Assembly: GCA_040954595.2 (NCBI GenBank)
Contig: CM082593.2
Coordinates: 11,111,477 to 11,175,476 of the forward strand
DNA: 64,000 nucleotides
Direction of reading: 5' to 3'
DNA from: Balanoglossus misakiensis
Lineage: Eukaryota > Animalia > Hemichordata
The position numbers and the translations under genes are program-made. Each line of letters begins with the position of its first letter. Positions within the stretch are counted from its first letter, which is position 1. Below, piece by piece: positions 25,993 through 39,986 of this stretch. The notes beneath the pieces were generated by a model. The model had not been told where the DNA came from, did no database searches, and saw only the letters and a program-made list of their open reading frames with translations.

Positions 25993-26735
25993 ACAGGTTT
26001 TAATTATTTATATTTGAACGCAAAGCGTAAATTCCCTTGTGCCATGGAATTGACAATCTGCAACTGGTGGGGTCCTTCTGCCAGTAAAAAGCATCAGATA
26101 AATTCTGCATGCTCATCACCGAGGCAATTTAGGTGTACTTTTGTACTTTGAGAACTGTCGGTTTTCGCAACTGAAACTATGTTCACAGGACAGAGGAAAA
26201 ACTAGAATGACAACAGCTATGTAAGCTAACAAAAGGAACACAGAGCATAGTTCTCCATACTCACATTTTAATGCAATAATTTTTGCTGAAACTGGGGCGT
26301 CCGTGGGCAGGCAAAGGCAGTTCTAACTCGACTTGCAAATAAGGCCCATGTCTCTTGTTCGCTGAGATTGTCTGGTTCTAATAATAGCTGTAAGAACTTG
26401 ATCATTGACCGAACTGTTGGTTCAATTTTGCAACATTTTATGATTTCAAGCTGTGCAATATTTGCAACTCAGTTTCAACTTTGGTTGGAGGGATGATGAT
26501 GAAGCCATTTCACTGACAAAATAGCGCTACTGACTGATGTCAATGTTTGTTTACAGTCGAATGCATTGCCATCATAAAAATACATGTGAGAAATTTCTTA
26601 TGTGTATGATACACACTTTTGTGCATGACTGCAAACTCTGTTACAGTTGTGAAATTCTAAGGGTTGAATTCATTGGGTAGAATTCATGTTTTTTGGATTC
26701 TTAAACAACCAGTCACGAAAGCTAAGTGGTTACCT
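25993..26735. repeat. Right arm of the ~740-bp inverted repeat (partner 17568-18305)
   Basis: Reverse-complement match read directly. Confidence 0.9.
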
Positions 26736-27149
26736 CAGAGAAACTGTGTTAAATTTGGTCATCAATTGCTTTAAATCACACAAGACATTCCCAGAGCTAA
26801 AGTTACTGCAGCAGTCAGTTTCAACTCAGCTTGCAAATTGGGATCATGTCTTGTGTTCATCGAGACTGTCTGTAGTCGAGTTGACAGTCCTATGGGGTCA
26901 ATGATGAACCTACAAATGTTCTTTCCAATGAAATTGTTATAAATCTAATATTCAGGATTTGCATTCATACCTTAAACAATATAACTGTATTGCAAATATG
27001 GCAACTCTTCTAAGTTACATTGGAACACCTTCTCGCCACTGTTTGTGCCAAAATGGTGAATAAGCTTTCATTTTCAAGCCTTAACATAGGCACCCAAAAC
27101 AAGACAACAGCATTGCAAATATGGCATTTTTTGTTCAACTCTTCTCATT

Positions 27150-27797
27150 TGCATAGTCCAAAATGGCCGCCAAACTCCACTAACATGTAAATTTCCTATG
27201 GTCGTCTTAAATAGCGTGTAGTATCGCATTTGAAGGGTTTTCATCAATATGGGTACCTAAAACAATTTCAACGTGGTTGACATTGCAATGTTAGACAGCT
27301 GTTCTAATTTGCATAATCTAGAATGGCCGACAAACTTCTCTAACATGTAAATTTACTATGGTTGTCTTTAATAGTGTGTAATATCGCATTTGCAGGGTTT
27401 TCATCAATATGGGTACCTAAAACAATTTCAACGTCGTTGACATGGCAATATTAGACAGCTGTTCTAATTTGCATAATCCAAAATGGCCACCAAACTCTTC
27501 TTAAATGTAAATTTCCCTGTTTTGTCTTATATGGTGCCTAAAATCGCATTTGCAGGGTTTTCATCAATATGGGTAACTAAAACAATTTCAGCATGGTTGA
27601 CATGGCAATATTAGACAACTGTTCTAATTTGCATAATCCAAAATGGCTGACAAACTTCTCTAACATGTAAATTTCCCTGGTTTGTCTTATATGGTGTGTA
27701 ATATCGCATTTTCACGGTTTTAATTAATATGGGTACCTAAAACAATTTCAACGTGGTTGACATGGCAATATTAGACAACTGTTCTAATTTGCATAAT
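27150..27797. repeat. 160-bp tandem repeat, about 4 copies
   Basis: tttgcata(a/g)tc..aatggc recurs at about 27151, 27311, 27471 and 27631, with a partial unit at 27791. Confidence 0.9.
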
Positions 27798-28406
27798 TCG
27801 AACACCTGCTGGATAATTTAATTTTTGCCCTTCTTGTCCCATGATTATATGTGTAATATCTCATTTTCAATGTGTTTACATGTATATATGCAGAATCCAT
27901 TTCAAACTAAGTGGGCATATTGTAGCGCCAATCTTATTTCTTAATCCGCACCACAGAACTGATGCAAGGTTTAGGACTGGAAATGTATGTGGCCATTGGC
28001 CGACACCCCGGGCGAGAGGTCTCCAATTATTTTCAGCACGTAGTGTGCTTCCCGGTTGATAACATCAATATGTGTAAATGCCAAAAACCCGACCTATTGT
28101 AATACCAGTCAAATTTTCTTTTTCATTTACCATTTTTCTCTTGCATATGAAGGTTTTTCTTAAAGAGTACATACCCATATACATTTGTATGGGAGCACAC
28201 ATCCCCATCCCCTGCCAACAATAATTGGACAACTTTATTCTTCTTATACTTCTTTTTAGTCTAAACATTCATATAGAGAAGGCAACATGTTCTTGAAGCT
28301 GCTGACTATGGAAATATGATGAAGTACATTTTCCTAGTTGTACATGTACAGTATGATAGGCCCAATGTACCAATTGGAGATGTGTGCCTTACAGGCAACA
28401 TACATG

Positions 28407-31400
28407 TAGCTCTGCATGGGCTGGTTAATCAATGTTGACGCAAAGGTTGACCCTACCAAACACTCAAAATTAATGGGCACGACACTGGCCACTAGCTCTG
28501 CATGGCCTGGTTAATCAATGTTGACGCAAAGGTTGACCCCACCAAACACTCAAAATTGATGGGCACGACACTGGCCACTAGCTCTGCATGGCCTGGTTAA
28601 TCAATGTTGACGCAAAGGTTGACCCCACCAAACACTCAAAATTGATGGGCACGACACTGGCCACTAGCTCTGCATGGCCTGGTTAATCAATGTTGACGCA
28701 AAGGTTGACCCCACCAAACACTCAAAATTGATGGGCACGACACTGGCCACTAGCTCTGCATGGCCTGGTTAATCAATGTTGACGCAAAGGTTGACCCCAC
28801 CAAACACTCAAAATTGATGGGCACGACACTGGCCACTAGCTCTGCATGGCCTGGTTAATCAATGTTGACGCAAAGGTTGACCCCACCAAACACTCAAAAT
28901 TGATGGGCACGACACTGGCCACTAGCTCTGCATGGCCTGGTTAATCAATGTTGACGCAAAGGTTGACCCCACCAAACACTCAAAATTGATGGGCACGACA
29001 CTGGCCACTAGCTCTGCATGGCCTGGTTAATCAATGTTGACGCAAAGGTTGACCCCACCAAACACTCAAAATTGATGGGCACGACACTGGCCACTAGCTC
29101 TGCATGGCCTGGTTAATCAATGTTGACGCAAAGGTTGACCCCACCAAACACTCAAAATTGATGGGCACGACACTGGCCACTAGCTCTGCATGGCCTGGTT
29201 AATCAATGTTGACGCAAAGGTTGACCCCACCAAACACTCAAAATTAATGGGCACGACACTGGCCACTAGCTCTGCATGGCCTGGTTAATCAATGTTGACG
29301 CAAAGGTTGACCCCACCAAACACTCAAAATTGATGGGCACGACACTGGCCACTAGCTCTGCATGGCCTGGCTAATCAAGGTTGACGCAAAGGTTGACCCC
29401 ACCAAACACTCAAAATTGATGGGCACGACACTGGCCCCTAGCTCTGCATGGCCTGGCTAATCAAGGTTGACGCAAAGGTTGACCCCACCAAACACTCAAA
29501 ATTAATGGGCACGACACTGGCCACTAGCTCTGCATGGCCTGGTTAATCAATGTTGACGCAAAGGTTGACCCCACCAAACACTCAAAATTGATGGGCACGA
29601 CACTGGCCACTAGCTCTGCATGGCCTGGTTAATCAATGTTGACGCAAAGGTTGACCCCACCAAACACTCAAAATTGATGGGCACGACACTGGCCACTAGC
29701 TCTGCATGGCCTGGTTAATCAATGTTGACGCAAAGGTTGACCCCACCAAACACTCAAAATTGATGGGCACAACACTGGCCACTAGCTCTGCATGGCCTGG
29801 TTAATCAATGTTGACGCAAAGGTTGACCCCACCAAACACTCAAAATTGATGGGCACGACACTGGCCACTAGCTCTGCATGGCCTGGTTAATCAATGTTGA
29901 CGCAAAGGTTGACCCCACCAAACACTCAAAATTGATGGGCACGACACTGGCCACTAGCTCTGCATGGCCTGGTTAATCAATGTTGACGCAAAGGTTGACC
30001 CCACCAAACACTCAAAATTGATGGGCACGACACTGGCCACTAGCTCTGCATGGCCTGGTTAATCAATGTTGACGCAAAGGTTGACCCCACCAAACACTCA
30101 AAATTGATGGGCACGACACTGGCCACTAGCTCTGCATGGCCTGGTTAATCAATGTTGACGCAAAGGTTGACCCCACCAAACACTCAAAATTAATGGGCAC
30201 GACACTGGCCACTAGCTCTGCATGGCCTGGTTAATCAATGTTGACGCAAAGGTTGACCCCACCAAACACTCAAAATTGATGGGCACGACACTGGCCACTA
30301 GCTCTGCATGGCCTGGTTAATCAATGTTGACGCAAAGGTTGACCCCACCAAATACTCAAAATTGATGGGCACGACACTGGCCACTAGCTCTGCATGGCCT
30401 GGTTAATCAATGTTGACGCAAAGGTTGACCCCACCAAATACTCAAAATTGATGGGCACAACACTGGCCCCTAGCTCTGCATGGCCTGGCTAATCAAGGTT
30501 GACGCAAAGGTTGACCCCACCAAACACTCAAAATTAATGGGCGCGACACTGGCCACTAGCTCTGGCCTGGCTAATCAATGTTGACGCAAAGGTTGACCCC
30601 ACCAAACACTCAAAATTGATGGGCACGACACTGGCCACTAGCTCTGGCCTGGCTAATCAAGGTTGACGCAAGGGTTGACCCCACCAAACACTCAAAATTA
30701 ATGGGCGCAACACTGGCCACTAAGCTCTGGCCTGGCTAATCAATGTTGACGCAGGGGTTGACCCCACCAAACACTCATAATTGATGGGCACGACACTGGC
30801 CACTAGCTCTGGCCTGGCTAATCAAGGTTGACGCAAGGGTTGACCCCACCAAACACTCAAAATTTATGGGCACGACACTGGCCACTAAGCTCTGGCCTGG
30901 TTAATCAATGTTGACGCAAAGGTTGACCCCACCAAACACTCAAAATTAATGGGCACGACACTGGCCACTAAGCTCTGGCCTGGTTAATCAATGTTGACGC
31001 AAAGGTTGACCCCACCAAACAAAATTAATGGGCACGACACTGGCCACTAAGCTCTGGCCTGGTTAATCAATGTTGACGCAAAGGTTGACCCCACCAAACA
31101 CTCAAAATTAATGGGCACGACACTGGCCACTAGCTCTGCATGGCCTGGTTTATCAATGTTGACGCAAAGGTTGACCCCACCAAACACTCAAAATTGATGG
31201 GCACGACACTGGCCACTAGCTCTGCATGGCCTGGTTAATCAATGTTGACGCAAAGGTTGACCCCACCAAACACTCAAAATTAATGGGCACGACACTGGCC
31301 ACTAGCTCTGCATGGCCTGGTTAATCAATGTTGACGCAAAGGTTGACCCCACCAAACACTCAAAATTAATGGGCACGACACTGGCCACTAGCTCTGCATG

Positions 31401-34090
31401 GCCTGGTTTATCAATGTTGACGCAAAGGTTGACCCCACCAAACACTCAAAATTGATGGGCACGACACTGGCCACTAGCTCTGCATGGCCTGGTTAATCAA
31501 TGTTGACGCAAAGGTTGACCCCACCAAACACTCAAAATTAATGGGCACGACACTGGCCACTAGCTCTGCATGGCCTGGTTTATCAATGTTGACGCAAAGG
31601 TTGACCCCACCAAACACTCAAAATTGATGGGCACGACACTGGCCACTAGCTCTGCATGGCCTGGTTAATCCAGGTTGACGCAAGGGTTAACCCCACCAAA
31701 CACTCAAAATTAATGGGCGCGACACTGGCCACTAAGCTCTGGCCTGGCTAATCAATGTTGACGCAGGGGTTGACCCCACCAAACACTCATAATTGATGGG
31801 CACGACACTGGCCACTAGCTCTGGCCTGGCTAATCAAGGTTGACGCAAGGGTTGACCCCACCAAACACTCAAAATTTATGGGCACGACACTGGCCACTAA
31901 GCTCTGGCCTGGTTAATCAATGTTGACGCAAAGGTTGACCCCACCAAACACTCAAAATTAATGGGCACGACACTGGCCACTAGCTCTGCATGGCCTGGTT
32001 TATCAATGTTGACGCAAAGGTTGACCCCACCAAACACTCAAAATTGATGGGCACGACACTGGCCACTAGCTCTGCATGGCCTGGTTAATCAATGTTGACG
32101 CAAAGGTTGACCCCACCAAACACTCAAAATTAATGGGCACAACACTGGCCACTAGCTCTGCATGGCCTGGTTAATCAATGTTGACGCAAAGGTTGACCCC
32201 ACCAAACACTCAAAATTAATGGGCACGACACTGGCCACTAGCTCTGCATGGCCTGGTTAATCAATGTTGACGCAAAGGTTGACCCCACCAAACACTCAAA
32301 ATTGATGGGCACGACACTGGCCACTAGCTCTGCATGGCCTGATTAATCAATGTTGACGCAAAGGTTGACCCCACCAAACACTCATAATTGAAGGGCACGA
32401 CACTGGCCACTAGCTCTGGCCTGGCTAATCAAGGTTGACGCAAGGGTTGACCCCACCAAACACTCAAAATTGATGGGCGCGACACTCGCCACTAGCTCTG
32501 GCCTGGCTAATCAATGTTGACGCAAGGGTTGACCCCACCAAACACTCAAAATTGATGGGCGCGACACTGGCCACTAGCTCTGGCCTGGCTAATCAATGTT
32601 GACGCAAGGGTTGACCCCACCAAACACTCAAAATTAATGGGCGCGACACTGGCCACTAGCTCTGGCCTGGCTAATCAATGTTGACGCAAGGGTTGACCCC
32701 ACCAAACACTCAAAATTGATGGGCACGACACTGGCCACTAGCTCTGGCGTGGCTAATCAAGGTTGACGCAAAGGTTGACCCCACCAAACACTCAAAATTG
32801 ATGGGCGCGACACTGGCCCCTAGCTCTGGCCTGGCTAATCCAGGTTGACGCAAGGGTTAACCCCACCAAACACTCAAAATTAATGGGCGCGACACTGGCC
32901 ACTAAGCTCTGGCCTGGCTAATCAATGTTGACGCAGGGGTTGACCCCACCAAACACTCACAATTGATGGGCACGACACTGGCCACTAGCTCTGGCCTGGC
33001 TAATCAAGGTTGACGCAAGGGTTGACCCCACCAAACACTCAAAATTTATGGGCACGACACTGGCCACTAAGCTCTGGCCTGGTTAATCAATGTTGACGCA
33101 AAGGTTGACCCCACCAAACACTCAAAATTAATGGGCACGACACTGGCCACTAAGCTCTGGCCTGGTTAATCAATGTTGACGCAAAGGTTGACCCCACCAA
33201 ACACTCAAAATTAATGGGCACGACACTGGCCACTAAGCTCTGGCCTGGTTAATCAATGTTGACGCAAAGGTTGACCCCACCAAACACACAAAATTAATGG
33301 GCACGACACTGGCCACTAGCTCTGCATGGCCTGGTTTATCAATGTTGACGCAAAGGTTGACCCCACCAAACACTCAAAATTGATGAGCACGACACTGGCC
33401 ACTAGCTCTGCATGGCCTGATTAATCAATGTTGACGCAAAGGTTGACCCCACCAAACACTCAAAATTAATGGGCACGACACTGGCCACTAGCTCTGCATG
33501 GCCTGGTTAATCAATGTTGACGCAAAGGTTGACCCCACCAAACACTCAAAATTAATGGGCACGACACTGGCCACTAGCTCTGCATGGCCTGGTTTATCAA
33601 TGTTGACGCAAAGGTTGACCCCACCAAACACTCAAAATTGATGGGCACGACACTGGCCACTAGCTCTGCATGGCCTGGTTAATCAATGTTGACGCAAAGG
33701 TTGACCCCACCAAACACTCAAAATTAATGGGCACGACACTGGCCACTAGCTCTGCATGGCCTGGTTTATCAATGTTGACGCAAAGGTTGACCCCACCAAA
33801 CACTCAAAATTGATGGGCACGACACTGGCCACTAGCTCTGCATGGCCTGGTTAATCAATGTTGACGCAAAGGTTGACCCCACCAAACACTCAAAATTAAT
33901 GGGCACAACACTGGCCACTAGCTCTGCATGGCCTGGTTAATCAATGTTGACGCAAAGGTTGACCCCACCAAACACTCAAAATTAATGGGCACGACACTGG
34001 CCACTAGCTCTGCATGGCCTGGTTAATCAATGTTGACGCAAAGGTTGACCCCACCAAACACTCAAAATTAATGGGCACGACACTGGCCAC
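28407..34090. repeat. Satellite array, 86-bp unit (82/83-bp variants), about 66 copies
   Basis: Unit tagctctgcatggcctggttaatcaatgttgacgcaaaggttgaccccaccaaacactcaaaattgatgggcacgacactggccac; period 28407 to 28493. Confidence 0.98.
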
Positions 34091-34649
34091 TACATGTATT
34101 TGTGATATTTTACATGGTTAACCACGCCTTGAGAAAAGTAATTATAAGAGAACTTTGTTTCCAAAGTTAGGGGAGAATAATCTAACGGGAGATGGGAGTA
34201 CCTCAGGCTACTGAGCTCGTTCCCTTCCTCATGTACTTTGCTGGGCGTATTTGATGTACTATAATAATTCCGGACAATAAATGAACGTAAATCAGATACG
34301 TTTCTCCGTGGATCACGGTTCTCGTCAGAGCCCGTTACCTCATCGCTACAGATTCCCCGATGCATGAACAATCATGAGAAACCAGCGGTAATACAAGTGT
34401 CACGATTGAGTTTTAACGATCATAGATCTTGTTTATGATTACGTAAGAAGTCATTCACTTATATGGTTTTAGTCCAGTATTGACATTGGTACTTGACCCA
34501 GAGTAAACAAGATTGTGTAATTGATACATGTCAGAACGAGATAGAGATATCACGCGCTAAGTTCATGTTTAAGAAATATCAAGATGACGTGTTCCTTTTA
34601 TGACTTAATACTTGACTAACGTATTAATAAGGTGTGGTGAAATTTGAGA

Positions 34650-35275
34650 TCACACATTTATCACCGGAGATCCGTGATGGGAGTCAACGAGCATGGATCG
34701 AGTCGTGTAATTCTTACGTGTGACCAGTAATAAACCAGAACTTTGTGTTACTCGGAAAACTTCTTGCAAGTCTCTGTCTACGAAAGATTTACGATCTGCC
34801 GGGTACCTCTCTCGGACTTTATGAATATGTTGGGTGGAGAAGGAGATGGAGAGAATGTACGCCGTCAGCTTTCGGACGTGGCTGATTCCCAACAGAAGCC
34901 GATGAGGTAAACGTCCGGAGGACGACCGGCCGTAACAACAAACTGCATGAATTAAAGTTCAACAATCCTTAGAAGACAGGAACGTCAGAGGTTGAATCTT
35001 GATGGGAAAAGGCGAGGTATCGCTGGTTATCATCGGCGTACTGATGAAATTGTAGGATGTGGGGACGAATCGGTTTACTATAAAGTTGGGCTATATAAAT
35101 GGTGAACAACAGAGGGGCAGTGGCACCCCGTATACGAGAGGTGACTGTGAACTTGCAGTGTTTTCGATGATTACAGTTTGATATCTATATTGAAGGTAAG
35201 ATGTAAACCATGTTAGTACTGTGTCTGAGATGCCAAGGTTCGATAGTCTACAAAGAAGTATCCTGTGATGCAAAT
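34650..35275 (-). mobile_element. Decayed LINE (L2/CR1-group) ORF2 reverse-transcriptase fragment
   Basis: HHRILLCRLSNLGISDTVLTWFTSYLQYRYQTVII...YGVP, then HQYADDNQRYLAFS (about 35010-35046) after frame breaks. Confidence 0.85.
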
Positions 35276-37897
35276 GTACAACTGAAGAAAAAAGGAATCA
35301 CAAATCTTAAAACTAAGATGCCGTTAAGAATTAAATTTCGCGAAAAGGAAGTGACGAAATACGTACATTTTCAGGTGCTCTACAACAAGTAGTCTCCCTA
35401 TCATCCCTATTGGAGCATGCAGCTAAAATTTACCATGACGTCATTGATTCTACGCGAACGTTTTTCTAATGGCGATAAACATATTTTGTATAAATTGTGC
35501 TCAAACGCCCGTGAATCTCACTCGCAAAAATTCACAAGTGGCGCATACAACACTAGGAAGAAAATTGTTTAGCAGTCTATAGAGTTTGTGACCTGAGATT
35601 TGGAAGTAAAAGTTAAACTTAAAAGTTGAGACAGAAGTGATTGAAGAGTAAAGAAACTTTTGAAGTGTTAAGAAAGTTATCGCATTCCTGATGAAAAGAA
35701 AAGAAAATACAATACATTCATTGTTTTAAGGAACACAAGGAAGACAAGTACTATGCAATCAGAGTATGCATGGATCATTCATCTAAAAATATATCTCCGC
35801 GTCTTTTGGCGGGTAAAAATAAAATGCTGGAACGGTCTTTTGGATGGCGGACTATTTGTGTCCTTCTTGTCCTCAGAACGCAAGTGGTCGAGTAGGTTTA
35901 TTTCATTAAATTCTTATATTCTCAGTTGCTACCATAAATACCCAGTGTTCGTGTCGATGTATCTGGACGTCAGCACGATTCCATATATGTACCTCTCAGT
36001 ATTAGCCAAGCGAGTTATCCCCATCGATAGAGTTTAATTCCCCGTTACATTCCCAACACCAATCCTCCCGCGTGACATTGAGGTTGAAGGTATACAAGCC
36101 TTAGGAATCATGCAACCATCCAGAAAGTGTAATAAATTTTGAAGCTATGATGTGAGTTTTCAGTTCGTTTCTTCTTTTGATTTGTTGATGTAACATTGTG
36201 CGTGTTAAATAAAAGATAAAAAAATGTACAGCAATGACGTCACAAAATTCACTGGTATTGATAAAGCTATATTATAACCTATATTATATGTGTTAAATAC
36301 TACCGTATCTCATTATTGCAGTATTTCGTGCTTTAACACAAAATACGCGAATAGGGTTTAATACAAAACTAAATGACACAATTTCTGTTTCTTTGCCAAA
36401 ATTCTTAATCACAAGATCAACCCATCCTTACGCCTCTACTCTATTGCTAAGAGAAACCAGCGTCCGTAACATGCATTGTGAAACCCCTCAACAACATGCA
36501 TGTCAACACTTCATTTTTTCTCCAGCATTGTCAGTTTGGTACCCTGACAACTCACGGGGCATCATGGGACAATATTAAAGCTGATTCAGTGTTTATGTGC
36601 ATAAAACACACGGCGGTGGAAACATTCGTTTTAAATTATTGTGGACGCGCGCACGCCCTTGTCTGTGTACAGGTACTTGATGCTTGTCTACAGTCACGTG
36701 AAACGCTGTTGGTAGTACCCTAGAAGATAGATATCTTTAATCAGAACTTTGGTAAGGAAGGTTTGAGAAGTCCATTCTATGTAAAGAAAGTTTAAGAAGT
36801 GTGTTACCAAAGGGTGTGGGGGTGGCTGGGGGTCATCAATATATCACTCTGCATCACGTTCACAGAAAAGGTCGCGACACGCCCACAAATTCACTCACGA
36901 CTTGCGTCACCGGTTACAGGAGTTCGTACAAAAGTGTGGTTTATGCACATTTACACTGAATCAGTTTTTTTGGCCCATGATGCCCATGGGCCAATACATG
37001 CCACGATGCCTCCAGAATGATGATGGCAATGATGGTGATGATGATGATTGTGGTGGTGGTGGTGGTGGTGATTGAGCTTTAATTTCCCTTTCTTCCTGTC
37101 TAACCACTTCCTCTCTCACCTTCACTTATTCGGTCTCTCCCCTCCCCTTCTGTCAAAGTCCTCCCCTCATTCCCTTTCCATCCTGACATTCTCATTTCCG
37201 CCCTCTTGCTTTTCTTCTCCTTTCTCACATTCCTTTTCTCACCTCTCTCCCCCCCCCCTCCGTAACATGTTATGTAATATATAAAGTAAAAAAGTCCAAA
37301 GCATGATGTTATCACAGATGACATTTGGAATGTATTATTGTACTATCTGGTTTAATTTCAAACATAGTGGAGTTATTTATTGGCCAGTATTTAAGCATGT
37401 TTAAAGAAGTCAAACAGCATAATAGGCACATTTCATATCAAACAAAATTGACCAAATAAGCTCAAAAGAAGATTTGAACAATTTGTCCCTTTAAGTAATG
37501 TTCAATATTGGATTTACACTTGTGATTGTATGTCATCTCCCTTTTGTTAGAAACCTCACAGTCATATAATAAACAGGTGACCTGACAATCATTTGAAATA
37601 CCAAACTTCGGCAGCTATTCCAGTTTGGTCCAAAAACCTAATTTTAACTGGCACCTCAACTTTAGGACTATTATGGATGTTGCTGAAACTTGAAGTGGGC
37701 TGCTTGTGAAGAGGAAGACGTGGAGTGTCTCTCAGACAACGCTGCGCTCAGTCAGAGATAAAGTCAAAATATGGATTTGACTTGCAACAGTAATTTGTTA
37801 GTTAAGTCAAATTCAACTTAAATCTGTCTCTTTGGGTCAGTCTTAACGGGTGTAGCATGCTGGAAGGGTGTGCTTACCCATTTCCGACACCTAGTAC

Positions 37898-38347
37898 CAC
37901 AGGGGGCTGCAAACATGAAAGTTATAAATGGCGAAGTACGTTCCATTCTGCGTTTTCCCAACCTGTCTTATCATTTGCTAATCCAGAATAAAAGCTATCC
38001 ATTTCCCATTAATCACCTGCTAACGACTTAATCTGTGTGCCCCATCCACGGATTAAGTTAATAAAGTAAACATCGGTCAGCGAGTACTGGGTATTCTCTT
38101 ACCAAGTGAGAACTGACCGATGTTTACTTAATCCACTAAATCCGTGGATGGGGCACACAGATTAAGTCGTTAGCAGGTGCTTAATGGGAAATGCAATAGT
38201 TTGTATTCTGGATTAGCAACTGCTAAGACAGGTGGAGGTAACACAGAAAAATAAACAAGCACAAAGACTGTTCATCAATTAATGTTTATTGGGGGAAAAT
38301 GCAGGAACTCCGCCATTTATAACTTTCATGTTTGCAGCCCCCCTGTG
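37898..38347. mobile_element. 450-bp foldback MITE
   Basis: cacagggggctgcaaacatgaaagttataaatggcg is mirrored at the right end, and inner arms 37965-38082 / 38113-38232 are also inverted. Confidence 0.85.
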
Positions 38348-39986
38348 CGAGTACTACCACTTAGCAGTGGTTCAAGATGATCCTGTTGAAATTGTAAGTT
38401 TTTCTCTTATTTCTTTTTTGAACCTGGACCTGGTAATTAGCTTAGCCTGAGTAATATTGATTATTGGACCTGGTTTGATGTCTTATTATAACAACTACAG
38501 AAGAATCTCTGGACACAGTGAAATACAATCCAGGGTTATGGTAATGACTGACAAATTGTCAGTTTAAAAAAGTAGACAAAGAACTCAGTTAAATATTATA
38601 ATAAAAATATGCTTTTAATATAAGGAAAAGGTACAATTGATATACTTGTAATTAAAACATAAATATAATGATGAAATTCTTCAACTGTTCTGTAGTTGCA
38701 CCAGTATTTGTATAAGCTAAAAATGTTGACTTCTGGCAGGACAACTCAAACAAATATTAAACTTATTTATAGTACTTCCACTTCATGACTTTGTTCAAAA
38801 ATTTCCCAAACTTATTTCATTGTTGATGAGTTGTCACCTCCGAACAACACAAAAAGGAACAGTTTGTATAAAAAAGTAATTTTGCATGAATCTTAAACAT
38901 ACATGCACAAGTTGAGTGAATAACACAATATAATCATATTCTACAATGAATTACAATATCAAGATTAAGGGTTTCACATATGACATTACATTGCTACATT
39001 TTATATACATGAATTTAATTTGAAAAATTTCCATTGATCTATAACACCATGAATAATATAAAAATATGCGAATAAATACTTTGAATTATTATATATACAT
39101 GTCAGGTCTCAAAGTGAGTAACTATATTTCCATTCACCTATGAACTGGTTATTAACCAAATGAAATGATAGGATCTTTTATTTTGAGGATCTTATAATTG
39201 TGATCATACACATCCATATTCCAAAATTCGCATGCCAAACAAATATCAGATTTATACGGCCAGTTGTAAAGACAGTACAAGGGGCAAAAAAATTGATAAT
39301 AGTTAATCATCATCTCCCTTCTTTTACAGTCTTGGAGAATGGTGACGGTTGAAGTCAAATTAAAGAAAAATATCAAGAAAAATATCAAAATTTGAAGCAC
39401 TAATTCAGGAGGATATATATCATCGGGAGGTAGTCACTGAATATATTGAGAGAAATAATTCATAATCTATGCATTTGGATGAAAAGACCTTCTACCTGAT
39501 CAAGTTAAGGATAAATGCTGCCTTGTATGAATACAGAAGCAAGTCAGCATGCAAAGGGAGAGCTGAATTGGTACACTGTTAAATTTGTCCTCCAAATTCA
39601 ACAAAAATATGTTGTTGTTTAGGAATTCTCGTATTATCATATCTTTATCATTACACAATACCTTATAATAAGTCATAACAAATTTTTAAGGAAAATTCTT
39701 TAAAATATGTAAAATATATAGCCTTATAACCAACATACTTTAAAGATGATTATTTATGATCATTTCATTCAGATGTTGCTAAGAGTGTAATAATAAAGAT
39801 CTGTTTCACTCCAACCAATTTAATGTGCGCTTATCACAGTACTGTCGTCTGACAAAGCATAACTATTATTGTTATCATTTATGGGATTATACCAAGCTTA
39901 TCACAGTACTGTGTCAACTCACAAAATGAAAACCATTCTAGTTATCATTTGAATTATACCATACATGTACACACAGAGATGGCACA

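Noticed and set aside
28407-34090. CRISPR-like array
   Set aside because: Units are repeated in full with no unique spacers, there are no cas genes, and the context is eukaryotic.
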